Notes under the pieces: model-generated
Seen by the model: only the letters and a program-made list of their open reading frames with translations
Database searches by the model: none
What the model was told of the DNA's origin: nothing
Shown: positions 35,883 to 49,543 of the stretch, in pieces
Layout: each line of letters opens with the position of its first letter
Numbering within the stretch: the first letter of the stretch is position 1
Made by a program: the position numbers and the translations under genes
From: Lepidodermella squamata
Lineage: Eukaryota; Animalia; Gastrotricha
Assembly (NCBI GenBank): GCA_047495785.1
Contig: JBLDXI010000009.1
Span: forward strand, 2,852,001 to 2,916,000
DNA: 64,000 bases
Direction of reading: 5' to 3'

Positions 35883-36195
35883 AGCGAGGAAAACTTTGAA
35901 AAAACTTTGAAAACCATTTATGGCTATATTTATTGAGAAAATTTGAATTTTCTCATTTTGAATACGATGAACAATAAATTACCAGTTTAAAGTTGTGAGA
36001 TTTTTCAAATCACAAATTTTATTTCAAAGTATGTATGCAGGGTTTTTTTGGAATTTCGCTGATGATGATTCATCAGCCCAGCACCTTCGTAAAAAAATTG
36101 GAGCAGCCATTGAATTGAGACATAATTTTCGCCCTCGCAGCATCCTCCACACCATCGCCGGTATAAAATAACAGTAAAATCACGGTACCGCATAT

Positions 36196-36456
36196 CTACC
36201 ATTTCAAACACCGGCAAATCGTCGACGCCTTCTTCGCAACTTCGACGCACTTTTCATCGACCAAGCCGCCTCGCAGCCGCAGCGCCCTGGCGCACTGGCT
36301 CAGCTGGGTGCAAGTCGCGCTGTCACAAATCGGCAAATTGCTATCGGCCGCAGCGGTGTTTGCCGTCGGATTACACGCCAAAGTTAGCTGAATAATAACA
36401 ACGCCGAGTAACAAAACGCTAGCCACCAGAAGCCGGAAAACATTAAATCGCCTCAT
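36196..36456 (-). CDS. Small secreted cysteine-rich protein, distant family member 5
   Basis: Signal peptide ending LTLA|C, then C-x4-C-x5-C-x14-C-x10-CxC, the same framework as the 6-10 kb cluster. Confidence 0.7.
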   Translation of the reverse strand: MRRFNVFRLLVASVLLLGVVIIQLTLACNPTANTAAADSNLPICDSATCTQLSQCARALRLRGGLVDEKCVEVAKKASTICRCLKW

Positions 36457-37335
36457 GTTGTTATTGTTGTTAATAATTAATGCGAAATGCGGGAATGGAA
36501 AAAAATTGCAAGATTAAATGTAAATAAAATTATGCAACGACGACGATGATGATGATGGGCCGTGTTTTTTCGTGGCTCTTTTATATACGATCCTAGCCAG
36601 ATTTTTTGACCCGTCTAGACCACGCGGGCGTGGTGGCGCTTTTTCCGCAGTGTAGCGCGCTTATTCACGGTTTTATTGCTCGGCCAGGTGGCCCATCCCC
36701 GAAAAACTCATCATTACACAATTATTATCTTATGTTCACCCACGCAAAATGCCTCCTAATATTAACTATAGCTCCGAAAAATATTTGTGAATGACAGAAA
36801 TTATTTGACTCATTTTCCAAGAATTCTGGAATTTTTATTTGTATAAGTATATAAAATGTCTCACGAATTTTTGAGGGCAGTAAAATATAATTCAATTAAA
36901 TTTACGAGGCTACAAAACTTCCGCTTATTCGCGCCACAACAAGTGCGGTTGAAAATTAGTTATGAATGACCTCGCATCAAATGGCATTTTATTCGACCTC
37001 GAAGCGCCTAAAAACTAATAGGCGCGGTTCGGTTCATTCCGGTATTTACATCGATTTCTGGTATGAGAAAGGCGAGATTGCTTAATTTCCGCCAAATTTG
37101 TAGCACGTCCTCGTCAAAAACCCTTAAATCGGACACCGCTGTATTTTTATGGCAAATTAATAAATTCAAGTACCTATTTTTTTGTAGGATGCGCAATTTT
37201 TTTACCAGTTTTTTTGTCATTTTTTGCCACTTATCTTCTGGTGAAAAAAAGCAAATTTCCCCATTGCTAGTTTTTTTTTAATTGTAGGTAAATATACCAA
37301 TAATATGATATATTATTTTTGCTCGGGAATTTAAC

Positions 37336-37698
37336 ATGCCGCCAATATCTTTCGGAAAAGGCTCAGCTTTGGGCGATGCGACAATCGGCGGTAAACCGAG
37401 GGTTACCTTCTTCCTTCCACCCTCTCCCGATACCGAAATCACCGTAACCGAGAGCGAAGTTGAAAACGGCGACGTGGAAGTGACGAATTCAGATATCATC
37501 AGCGACGAAGTCAGCATCAATATTAGCCATACCGATAGTGATGTTACTTACCAGACTATGGAAGAAAGAGCGATAATTACTGTACAACGTCAGGGTAGTG
37601 CTGAATGCATTTCAAACTACATCATTGCCGTTTGCCTCCTCGCAGGCATTGTTACCTTTCTTGTGTTTCAATTTAGAGCCAATGTCTCAGAGACCTAG
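37336..37698 (+). CDS. Small protein with a C-terminal transmembrane helix (tail-anchored type), paralog 1
   Basis: C-terminus RQGSAECISNYIIAVCLLAGIVTFLVFQFRANV aligns with 46453-46767. Confidence 0.7.
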   Translation: MPPISFGKGSALGDATIGGKPRVTFFLPPSPDTEITVTESEVENGDVEVTNSDIISDEVSINISHTDSDVTYQTMEERAIITVQRQGSAECISNYIIAVCLLAGIVTFLVFQFRANVSET

Positions 37699-38309
37699 TC
37701 GGCAAAAACCATAATTTCAGATTTATTTATTTCATTTGGAGAATTGAAACTTTGAAAATAAAAATCGGCGGATATCAAGAAAATGTTAGCAATTTTTGAA
37801 AACGTGAAAAATCATAAGGTTACTACTTGGATCTTTTGCTTTTGGCATGAGCCAAGTGGCGTGGTTACTTCGAAATCATTTGATTCTCTTATAAGGAATT
37901 ACCGCCCTGGGTTCGAGTCGTCGCCCCGCGATGGCACGAATCCGCACCAAACCCGCCACGCAATCTCATGCTTTTTCTTCAAAAAAAACAAAAATTTATA
38001 TTTTGCGATTTATTTAAAAATTCAAACTCCAGAAAATTAAAAACAAGATATGTATATAGGTTAATTGTTATAGCGTTTTTTAGGATTTTTTTCAGGTAAC
38101 AAAATAATTTAACAATGCTACAAATACGAGCTAAAACTGGGCAAAATCAAAGACTTTAGACACTATATAGGTCTTTAGTCATACAGTCAAGAAAAGAATC
38201 AAAGTCGATACGCATGAAAGCATAGTAGTGAAGTTTTTTGTTTGATTTTCCCAAACTTTTTATAAAAGCAAGAAAAATATATTTAGTAATAAAGCCGTTT
38301 TTTCGGTGG

Positions 38310-39522
38310 TCAAAAAGACTGCGAGGCCAGATCGTCGTCGTCGTTGCCGAGAGAAAACGTCAAATGAGCAGGCTTCAACGTTACAGGCAAGCTTGTTGAC
38401 TTTGTCGGCGTGTCAGAATCGCTCAACTGCTCCTCTTCTTCTTCGAAAAGGCGGCGAACAAGTTTTCGATTGAAACCGTCAGAAAAACTGCGACCGCGGC
38501 GAATCAATCTAAAAAATGGGCGTTAAAATGAATTTTCATCTCGAATTTTCAATAAAAAATCTTACTTGACGGTTTTAGGGCAAGGGCTAGCGAGATCCGA
38601 TACAGCGTTAGGTTCCAAGTTGGTACCAGCATCGTTGATATTCGGCAGACTCGCGTGGATCAACCGCCGCCATCTTCGCTCTTCCTCGCGGAAACGCGCG
38701 TCACGCATAGTCACGTAGCCGTCAGTCGGCTGAGGCGATGCAGTTTTGTCAACAAGATCGAGCCGGTTATTCGCGCGGCAGTACTCGTAAAACGCCTTGT
38801 AGCCACCCTCGAGCAGGTAACATTCAGGGAAATCGAGACGGGGGTAATTCGCGCTGTTTCGGTCGCGATCGGCCTTGCGGAGTTGCTTCATCATCGACGG
38901 AGCGCGTTGGCTGCTGAACTCGCAGTGGAAGACGAGGATCTGGCGACGGTTGTCGGATTTCAGGCACGAGGCGAGGTATTTTTCGAGTTTTTCGTAACTT
39001 GGCACGTTAACGGCGCTTTGAACATGTCCGCCATCGAACTCGTACGGGAACCGGCAGTCGAAAACGGGGCAGCAGGAAGCTTCGCTTTCGAACGTTCCAT
39101 CGAGAAGTTTGACCAGAGTTTCAGGCTGGATTCTCACCGTTGACTCGTAAAATGAGCAGGGAAGTAGGTATTTCTGTAAAAAATTTCAATAAATTAACCA
39201 AAAATTAAAAATAAAATCACTCCATACTTTTGAACCATCAGCGATGAGACCAGAGTCGAAAACGGGACTAGGTTCGGAGCTTGAATTAGGAAGATCATCC
39301 TCAGCTGAAGTCAAACTGAAACAGAAATGAAATAATGTAAAAATAATCAGCTATTAAACGATTATTTTTCGCGTCTTTTTCAATAATAGCACATTTTTCG
39401 AAATTATGTTATTCTTACTTGGTTCTGGAGAGAATTGGTGACAGACCAGTTGACACTAACTTCGAATTGACAGCAATGTTACGAGACTGTGATGAGGTCA
39501 ACAGAAGTTGAGGTGGAGCCAT
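38310..39522 (-). CDS. CDC25: M-phase inducer phosphatase Cdc25/string
   Basis: Exons 39522-39419, 39315-39228, 39173-38566 and 38508-38310. Motifs LIADGSK, DCRFPYEFDGGHV, active site HCEFSSQR, YPRLDFPECYLLEGGYKAF. Confidence 0.93.
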
Positions 39523-41029
39523 CGCAATAAATGAAGGTCACGAATCAATTTTATATTTCAACTCGGAAATTAGAATTGAAACTGTCGTCGATTACTGGCA
39601 GTTAGCGGTGGTCTTTAAATAGCCGACTAGACGTGTTAAAGCATGTAATTTAATAGTGTTTTTAGAATATTTCATTATCTACCAAGACGTGACACTAATT
39701 TGCTAACGATATAACAGGGACGCGATCAAATTGAACATTGTTTATAGAAAAGCGCGCGATTTATTTTATCCTGATTCTTCCCGCCAGACTTCCGTACACA
39801 ACAGTGGACGTTGGAGATTAAGGCTTGAAATATAAAAATAAAGCTAGTCGTGTCGCTATGTGGACAGTCGTGGACATGGAAGTTTAAGCTTTGGAATCGA
39901 ACAATCACATTAGTTGAGTCGCTTTTTAGGTGAAAAATGTTTAGCAACGAAATATGCTACAGGGCCTTTGCAAATCCGAGCTACATCAGATGAAAAAGAG
40001 ACAGACTACTAATTATTATGGAGCGACGGCATTTAGCCAGATTTCGAAGTTTTGCGACGATAATCCGATATTTTACACATAGCAGCTGCGCGCCGGAAAG
40101 GCGTCCTTGAAAACTACGCCTCCCATGACAAGAGTGGTCATCTGCGCGGTCCTGTTTTGGCGCGCGAAGCATGTGTGCGCCCGTGATGACTACATAGCGC
40201 ACCGACCGGCACATGTGCGACCAAGCGAGAGCGTGACCTAGGAGCTCCAGTCGCCTAATTACCGACTAACCAGCTTGGCGCCTCTTTTTCGCCCTGGAGT
40301 TTAGGTAGACGAGGGCCAACTGTAATTCTGATAACATCTGTACACTCAGAAAATTTAAAACACCCTAGGAAAACACAATTCAAAAAATTAATTCACTCAT
40401 CCATAGGGGGTCTAGCTACACTTGAGAGCAGACTGCTTTTTTATATTTTATATCATGATCTTTGTGTTTGACTTGTGATACGTGAAAAATGATAACATAT
40501 ATTTCCCGCCAAACATTATCAGCTTCTCTATATGCTCATTATTTCGGCATCCCACTTTAAAAATGACAAATTTCCTTCAATTTACACCCAAAATGCAGTT
40601 TGATTCCTTTAGGATGGATTATAGCTAACATTGTCACTCCAGAGAAAGCTTTGAATTAACTGAACCGTTCATTGCTTGCGGCCTAGACTTTCAGAACAAT
40701 TCCTTCTTGCCATCACCAAACTTGGAAAAATGGTTACAGTCGTGATATATGTAATATCCAATTTATGCCGATAGAATCCTTATGATCGATTATAAAGGCT
40801 AGGTATCGAAATGGGTCCAAATATTTGCACCGCCAAAAATGAGGTTCCAATAATTCAAACGTCCCGCCACTAAATGTTTCACATTCTTTGCGATTTCGGC
40901 GTTTTCGCTTACTGATCGATACTGATGCCTTCCCTGAATGTTTACTCTGGTCATTTTTTCTCTATGCCTGAACCTTAGGATTTTTTATTTTATTTATCTT
41001 GCGCCCTAAACTACGCTGAAAAATGATCG

Positions 41030-41200
41030 ATGTTAGGTTCCAAGACGGCTGATATCGACAAAATCACAGATTTCGGCTCTGCAAGCTGCAGTATAACTCA
41101 AAAACTGACTGCTCATAGCGAAAAAACGCGTAATATGACGATCTATCGTTTAGGCATGATAACGAAAAAATTGAGATTCCAGAGAAGACCTATACGACCT
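41030..41200 (-). repeat. Degenerate dispersed repeat, copy 2
   Basis: Reverse-complement similarity to about 3575-3760. Confidence 0.55.
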
Positions 41201-41272
41201 TTTCATAAAAAATGTTTTTTATTATTGCGCTTGATCACCGGGAAATGTTAAACTTCAACTTGTTATCACGTT

Positions 41273-44200
41273 TCATTCGTGCAAAAATTCTGCAATTTCC
41301 ATGTGTCCAGCATTGTGCGCCACAAAGTAGGGTGTCTCACCCAGCCGATCAGGCATATGAGCCGCATTTGGCCATTTCTGGTACAAAAACCTGACCACGC
41401 CAAAATGACCAGCCGCCGCAGCCAGGAACAATGCTGTCTGCTCGTCGTTGTTCAGCACCTGCGGCGCTTCAATCATTTTGTCACACAAATACCGAACAAT
41501 TCCGATGTAACCACGCTGAGCGGCTAACATCATCGGCGATAGACCTTCGTGATCCTGTAATTTCAGGGCCAGGTGATATTTATCGCCTAAATAGGCCAGC
41601 ACGCTCAACTGGTCGTTGATAGCGGCGTGGCTAGCAGCAGATCGACCCTCCAAGTCCCTATGCTTAATACCATCAGGGTGCTCTTCATACAAATATTGAA
41701 CAATAACCAAATGTCCCTTCACAGCCGCGTGAATCAAAGCAGTGAAACCTTGGCTGTCTTGATATTCGATAGAATCGGGATAGGCTCGATGTAGAAATTG
41801 CGTGATTTCGAGATTGCCAAGACTTGCGGCCAGCATTAACGGCGACATTCCACTTTCGCTTCGAAGATGCAGCGAACCGGGCGATTGTTCAACAATAAAT
41901 TCCGCAATATTAAGATGGCCATTTTCAACCGCATGCATCAACGCTGTATAGCCGTCCTTATCTTGCCGCGACAGCGCGTCTTGATATTTGTTATACAAAT
42001 TGTGAACCATTGGCAAATGTCCGTTAATCACCGCGATCATAAGAGCCTGCCGGCCTTTGCCGTTTGACAATTTCACGACCTCCGGGCTTTTTTCGTGCAA
42101 AAAATCGACGACTTCAAAGTGGCCATTCTGCGCGGCTAGCATCAGCGCGGTGCAGCCCTGGAAATTTCGCATTGAAATCGACTCTGGGTACTTTGACCAT
42201 AGGTAACTGACTACGGCAAGGTGGCCACAACCAGCTGCGACCATCAACGGCGTTTCGTTGTTATCATTCGTCATTTCGACAGCTTCCGCGTATCGGCTGA
42301 ATAGAAACTGAACGCATTCCAAGTTGCCGTTAGCAGCCGCGTACATCAGCGCCGTCCATTTATGCTTATCCAGCCGCCGAACCCCGAAAACATCTCGTTC
42401 GCATAGGAACTCAAGCGTGGCCATGTGACCGCCTCGAGCCGCTAGCAATAACGCACTTCGCTCCATTTTATCCAGGGTGTTTAACGAATTCGGGAATTCT
42501 TCGTACAAGAAGTTGATTATGTCGAAATTTCCAGCTTGTGAAGCGACCATTAAGGCGGACATTCCGTCACGGTCTGTTGCCTCGATGGCTTCTGGGCACT
42601 TGCTGTGTAGGAATTGAACAATTTCAAGGTGGCCAAATGCTGCGGCTTGCATTAGTGCGTTTCTTTGGTCGATACTTGTTTTGCGAATGGCGGCTTCGTC
42701 ACGGTTTTGCAGAGTGATTACAACCTGAACGTGACCATTCACGGCCGCATGCATCAGAGCTGTGAAGCCTTGCACGTCTTGCCTAAAAATAAATTAAAAA
42801 AAACTGTCTTTTTTCGAGATAGGAAATGTTTTGAAAATTCCTCCTTAAAGAAAATATTAACTAATTAATAATTAATAATTGCGTTAATAAATTTACGATT
42901 CAATTTTTCGACGAATGGATTTTGAGCTAATAAATTTTCAAAAAATTAACAAAAAAAAATATTTCTAAATTTTTGAAAATAATTTTGCTTACTGATCAAT
43001 GGCAGACGAATCTTTTTCGCAAAGGTATTCCACTGTCTCCAAGTGCCCAGCTATTGCAGCAATCATAAGAGGGGTCCGCTCGGCGCCATCAACCATTTTT
43101 AAACAGTTTAATGAAGCCCCAGCGTTGTATTTGAACAACGCCTGGATTAAATCCAGATGCCCGTAATGCGCGGCGATTGATATCGCCGTTGCGCCATCGG
43201 AACTTTGCTGAAGTAGGGTTTCCCATTTTTTGCGAACAATCGCTTCAACCAGATTCACTCGACCGAGACGAGCCGCTAACATCAGCGCATTTTCTCCACG
43301 GGAGTCCAATCGATCAACTGCGATTTTATCGATTTCGCCCTTAATTATACTCTCCAAGACTGGGTTCAATTCTGAAGAAGAATGAGCACTTTTCCTCGCC
43401 AACATAAAATCGCCTCGTAATTTAGAAACTCGGCAAATCAAACGCAGCCGAGCGTTGTAGTATGCCGGCTCATATTCCTCGTCGAATAGATCGCCGAAAA
43501 GGCAGCGTTGTTCAGCGTCAACCTTTCGAAAAACATCCGCGAAATCAACCTTATTCGCAATCGATCTCTGGAGGAATCGATCGATTAACAAATAAGACTT
43601 GTTGACAGCACATCGCGACAAGTCGGCGACTAAATTCGCAATATTCGCCTCGTCTTCTTCCCATTTTGTTAGGTAGAGATGATGGAGAAAATTACGCCCT
43701 GGAACCCGGATTTTCGCAGATTTCTGGCCGCAAATCACGCAAAGGTCGTGCGGGCTAACTTTGCTGAAAACTTTGGATAAAAAGTCGAAATTTTGTTGAA
43801 TGATCGACTCGCAAATGATATTTATCGTCGGCGTTACGCTGCTATTGCTTCGATTCCGACTCGTGACATCGCTCATATCGGAAATTTTCGCCGACCCTGT
43901 GACTAGTCGCAATCGTATAGCCGAGATATCACTGGTTTTCAGAGCCCTTTTCGCGAATTGAACCGCAACGTCGTGAATCAGGCCATGCATCAAATAGCGA
44001 TCGTCCGAATCCCCAGCGTCCTTATCTATCGGTACTAGCAACGCCTTTTTCGCGAATAAATGGCATAAGGCTCGAGCTTTGAGGACGAAACTTCCCTTGA
44101 ATTGGTCACCCTCGAATCCCCACAGAAACGCAGCTTCTTCCGCGTGGATCGGCTCGTTAGGTTCAAAGAACAAAAACGCGTTAAATCCAACCCGTTGGCT

Positions 44201-45807
44201 GACGTCCATTTGCGCTAAACTCGCCTCGAAAAGGGTCTTGATGTACTTGACAATCCGCTCCTGGGGCCTGTCAGAACTACTTCCGGGTAACGCTTCGTTT
44301 GAAATAGTCATGAAAAGAGTGTCCCAGTCGTCGTGGTCGGCGAAACGCGCCGCAATTAGCGTGGCTATAAACGGCGATCCGAAACATCTCGCAGCTAATT
44401 TCGCCAGTTTTTGCTTCGGTAATCGATCACCGAAATGTAACGTCTTTTCAAACATTTCTACCAGCTGATCATCGGTTAGTGGATGGACGGGCTCTTTTTT
44501 GAAAATGCTGCCTGGGAAAGTTTGGAAAATTGAGGCGTCACGCGTCGTTACGCAAATTGGCAAAAGGTTCGTTTGAATTCGAACGAAATTCAATAATTTC
44601 GCGTTTGTCAAATCGTCCAATATTAGTATCGGCCGTCGACGTTGGGCTTGAAAGTAGGCTAAAGTCTCGGCGATTCCGAGAAAACTCGGCACTAATGGGT
44701 CCGCTCGTTTCGCTTTTTCAATAAATCTCGATATGAACGATTTCTGAACTGAAGGAAGGTTGAAATTTGAACAATCGCCTTCATCGCGCCATTCGTAGCA
44801 ATTTATCCATATTGCGAAGTGGATGTTGCATTCTAGCATTAGCGATTCGCTGTTAGCGCGGTTTGTGAAGATTCTTGCGACCATAGTAGTTTTACCGATA
44901 CCAGCCTCTCCGGTCACGATTAACGCGCCCAATTCAGGGTGACCACAAAGGTTTCGAATAAGGCTCAGCAGGCGCAATTCATCTTCAAGGCGGGTGAAAT
45001 ATTTCGTGAATATCGGTGTGTCAACAGCTCGAAATCTTAAGAGGAAACATCTCAGGAATTTTATAAAAAAAATTTAGAAAATTAACCCAAATTTATTTCG
45101 ATCTTTTCGCCGCCTCGAACCTTCAACTTCGTCCGAAACTTCCGTCCCAGTCGTAGGATCAGGGACATGTGCCTTCAGCAGGGCGATCAACTCGCCGTAG
45201 AACTGATCGAATTGACGTTTTTTATCGAAATTAATGAAAGGACCAAGGGTGTCGTCAAATTGTGCGCCCATCACAGGCCAATCGATTGCAGGTGGTCGTT
45301 TTTCCATGGTTGCTACTATCAGGCGGGATTTATGGGCCAGGGCGTACTGAACTTCAAGGCGGCATCGCTCGCTCGTTTCAAACTTTTCATTGAAAAATAC
45401 CAAGACCAAATCAGATAGCTCAATGTCCTAAAATGTAAAAAATTGAAAATTGAAAAAAATTTCGAGATTTTTCTCAAACCTCGCTTTCATTATTTGAATC
45501 TCGATAATCCATCACATAATAGCCTAATTTTGCTAGTAAAATCGCAACCCGAGACACATCGACGGGCCGGTAATGTAAATCATGGCTGAAATAAATTGAC
45601 CCAGCATAACCTGTGTATAAAAATTTAGGAGAAAATATTCTTTGAAAATATTCGATTTTTCTCACCGACTCGGTCGAGCCGTTTTTCAATTTTCGCCAAC
45701 CGTCTCAAAATTTCTTCAAGCGTGACGTAGTGAACCCATTCGCCGTCGTCTGAATCGTCGTCATCAGCATTCTGATTATTATTCGTCCCATTTTCTTCTT
45801 CCTCCAT
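41273..45807 (-). CDS. TIR - NB-ARC (STAND) - ankyrin repeat protein, paralog 1
   Basis: Exons 45807(or 45912)-45666, 45610-45480, 45427-45087, 45035-42993 and 42782-41273 join in frame. TIR motifs IYFSH and LVLVFFNEKFETSERCRLEVQYA. Walker A GEAGIGKTT, Walker B ILILDD, VTTR, CFGSP, MHGLIHD, then a long ankyrin array. Confidence 0.88.
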
Positions 45808-46452
45808 GGTACGCTTCGGGGGTAAAGAGTAAGTGACCCATTTCCGAAAATCAGCAATAGCCCATTTGCTGCCGGAATATGACCCTGATAACCGCCGATC
45901 GCCTCGAGTCATCCCACTAAAAAATTGTGGGCTGATTTACGCGCGAAATAAAACAAAACACAGTGAACAGTATAAAAGAAGAAAACACCGATTGATTTAT
46001 ATCATTTTCGCACCTAATGGCGCCTAAGGCGCGCATTTTTTATTCCATTATTATGTGCGTAAAACGCTCCTAATGAATGTGCACTATATGCGGTGTATAA
46101 AAAAAACTTGCCGGTAAAAACACTCATGTTTAATCAAGAGGTACCAACGCTTAATAATTTAAGTTATTTTGATGGTTCGTTCCGTATTCATTTTTTTGTG
46201 AATTTTTCTTGATTTTTTCTTGATTATTAATTTATTTAAAATTATTTTCGGTGTAATGCACTGCCGTAATAAAAAATGCGAATGAGAACGGAAAAATCGT
46301 AGTAAAATTGCACTTTTATATTGACGTTTAGCCATGTGAGATCAGCTGTCAGCCACCTACATACGCGTGCAAAACCCACCGGCGGGGCTGTGCTACGAAA
46401 TCAGCTAAATCCGTTGGCATCAGCGTAGTTTATTTTATATCGCGTATAAAAT

Positions 46453-46767
46453 ATGAGTCAAATCTGGGTGAAAGCCATGGAATCGGGCCACATTATTACC
46501 ATGCCCGTGCGCGACGATTTTCCAATCAAACCTGCTCAACCTATTCGGCCCCTGTTCGCGACCAGGGACCCGTTGACGATACCACTTCAGCAACAAATCG
46601 AATGTCCCAATTGCGGCATTATCCCTGGTCAACCGGCCGTGGAAGTCGAAGTGAAACGGCAAGGGAATGCCGAGTTTTTCTCCAACTACGCGATTGCGGC
46701 ATGTCTACTGGTTGCTTCATTCATTTTTCTAACATTTCAATTTATAGCCAATGTTATGACTGAATGA
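46453..46767 (+). CDS. Small protein with a C-terminal transmembrane helix, paralog 2
   Basis: RQGNAEFFSNYAIAACLLVASFIFLTFQFIANV; same C-terminal length as 37336-37698; contains one CPNC. Confidence 0.7.
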   Translation: MSQIWVKAMESGHIITMPVRDDFPIKPAQPIRPLFATRDPLTIPLQQQIECPNCGIIPGQPAVEVEVKRQGNAEFFSNYAIAACLLVASFIFLTFQFIANVMTE

Positions 46768-46969
46768 GTCTTGAATCAGCAATAATAAATTAATTTATTT
46801 TCGAGTCTGGCTTTTTCCACTCAAATTAAGTGACCGTAAAAAATAGGTCATTTCCCGCGATAAATTACTTATTCTCATAAATTATTATGTTATCCCTAGT
46901 TTTGATTGCATAGGTGTATCACTTCATTAAAGTTTTCATCGATAAATTAATTAGTTTTCATCAGCTCCT

Positions 46970-48664
46970 TCACGGGATAAGGTTGGCGTTGCGCAGGGCA
47001 GTTTGGCCTTCGTAGTGGGCGCTGACTTCGCTAGCCGACAGGGCGTGCTTGCAGATCAAAACTTCATCGATGAAGCCAGCAAAATCGCCGTAGAACTGGT
47101 CAGTGCCAACGGTGTAAGGGCAGTTGGCGGTGTACAGCCAGCCGTTGTTAGGATTAACGTTTTGAGCAACAAGCCTCTGTTAATTTGGAAAAAATCGATA
47201 TAAATTAATTTTAAATGGCGAAAATATAGCCATAAATTTAGGGCTTTGATTTTGTGATGTCCCATTATTTTCCCAATTTTCTGAAAAATTATTGAAACTT
47301 TCATAAATTCCTAATTTTTAATTAGGGAAGATTTTTTGATAAAAAAATTCGGAAAATTGTTATTTTATATTTATTATAAAATTGGATTGTTTCCCCAAAA
47401 ATTGAACGAAAAATAGAAAAAATTGTTGTAAAAAATTCTTTGCTTACGTTGTTAAGGTAGAGGCTAAGGAAAGTGTCACCAGTGTAAGGATAAGCCGGGG
47501 CCTTGTAGGTCAAGCAAACTTGGTTCCATCCGTTGGTGTTGATGCTTTCGCCACTGCCAATTTGGTTCTCATTGATCGGCCACTGCAGCTTGATGTTGCT
47601 CTGAACCTGGTTCGAGACAGCCGCGATAATCGCAGTGTAGACAGTTCGGTTAACGTTGTTGCTGTTAGACAACAGGCCACCATTAGGGCAGGTACCATTC
47701 GCACAGCTAAATTATTAAAAAAATACTAAATAATTTATAGAAATTATTTTGAAGCTCACCTGAAGAAAAGACAGAAAGAGCCCTGTTCCTTCAGGTCGAA
47801 AGTCTTGGTGCCAGGGATTTCGAGACGACCGCCGTTGCCAGTCGAGAGGGCGCCAGTACCACGAGCCCAGGTGTTGGTAACAACAGCCGCTCCGTTGTAC
47901 AAGAAAGTGGTCAACCGAGTCGATGAGTAGTCAGTCGCGTCGCCGTCGAATGGCAGGTACAACGAGCACTGGTTCTCGCTGGCAGACGACAACACCTCGA
48001 CTGGGGTGTCGCAGCGGCACTGCTCGAGGCTGAAGGTCGAGCCAGGCGCGCATGGCCGGTTCTGGACCTGGTTTTCGTTCTCTTGATCGACAACGCCGTA
48101 TTGGCTCAAGTCGCCGTTGACAATGGTTAGGACATTGCCCCACGAGTCGGTGCAGTGGGTGGCGTTCGAGGTGGGCGGGGCGACCGAGGTTGGGACAGCC
48201 GGGGCGGCGAGCGAGCACTGGTCGACGCAGGTTTCGCTGGTGTCGCACGAGCACGACGATTCGTTGAAGGCAGTGCCTTGCGGGCAGCAGAGCAGCTCGG
48301 TTCCGAACGTGCACCAGACGTATTGGTTGCAGCTGCCTGGAACAGCGGCACAGCCTCGGGTGCTCACGGCGTCATCGGCGCACACGTCCTGGCACGGGGT
48401 CGGGCCCTCGGGCACACAGGCCTGGAACTGCTCGCGGAAGTAGAGACCAGGCGGGCAGTTGCGAATCTGGCCCTCGGCGTAGGTCTCGTTGTAGAAGAAG
48501 CACGAGTAGAACTGGTGGCAATTGGTCGGGTGGGCGTAGTAGTTGCGAGCATTAGCACGGCCGGAACAGGTCAAGCAGAACGCGTTGGCATTCGTATCAA
48601 TATCCTGAGCAAAGGCGGCGCCAAAAATCACGGCAACGATTAGGCTAACGCAGATAACTGCCAT
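46970..48664 (-). CDS. Secreted PIF-like chitin-binding + LamG protein, copy 2
   Basis: Exons 48664-47760, 47706-47448 and 47176-46970, with the same intron positions and phases as copy 1. Confidence 0.88.
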
Positions 48665-49543
48665 TTTCTGTAATAATAGTTGCTAAAATCCGGAATGATG
48701 AATTTCAGCGGTAAAATTGTGATTTTATACGCCAACTTGTGGATTCACCCGGCCAACGCGGCACGAGCTGTTGATTTTAGATTGTCGGCACGTGAACAGA
48801 TCTGTGAGGCGAAGCGCCACGCGTCTATTGAAAGATTCGGAAAAAAACATCCACCTTAACCCTCATCTGGTCCACACGTGCCTAGGAGCAGATTCAAGTT
48901 TTTGTGATGCGTATTAGGTTATTTAGCTGAGCTTTGGTGACTTTAAACGCTTTGACCCAACTTTCAGAGGTCAAGCTATCGAAGAAAAATACCCATGAAC
49001 TTCACGAATTGGTATTTTCTCCGACAATTATGACACCAGGTTTGCAACAAGTCCAAGCTGGAGGAAAAATGTCATTAAATTAAAATAATTAATTTAAATT
49101 AATTTCCCAAGATCAAGGTTAAATTAATTTGCAAAACTGCTGTTTCTCACCTTTCGCGGTGAAACTGTTCAAACGACCCAATTTCGAGACTAACCCGTAA
49201 TCTTCTGATCAATCGCACATTTTCTTCAACTAAATCCCGTAATCGAAAATTTTAAAGTGATTTGGAATCTGTCAACCAATTTTCTTAGAAATAAATTTCC
49301 TCCTAAAATGAGTGTCCCATTTTGACACTACAAAATGACAACTTCGCTCCGAGTTGAACACCTCAGAGCTTAAGTTTACTTCGTTTACTTTGATGTCGTA
49401 GTAGCAACAAAACGTTGTATGTTTTTAATTAAAACCCATCATTTTATTTGCACATTTCGATTTATGGCCAAATTTAATTTTCGATATATTATACTCACCG
49501 GCATTCATTTAAAATGTGTTGCTATTGAATTTTTGCCGCTGAC

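Noticed and set aside
37844-37930. tRNA gene (GGTTCGAGTC B-box-like sequence)
   Set aside because: I could not build a cloverleaf; at most a SINE-like relic.
46453-46767. LITAF domain call
   Set aside because: Only one CxxC is present, the second HxCxxC knuckle is missing, and the paralog has none.
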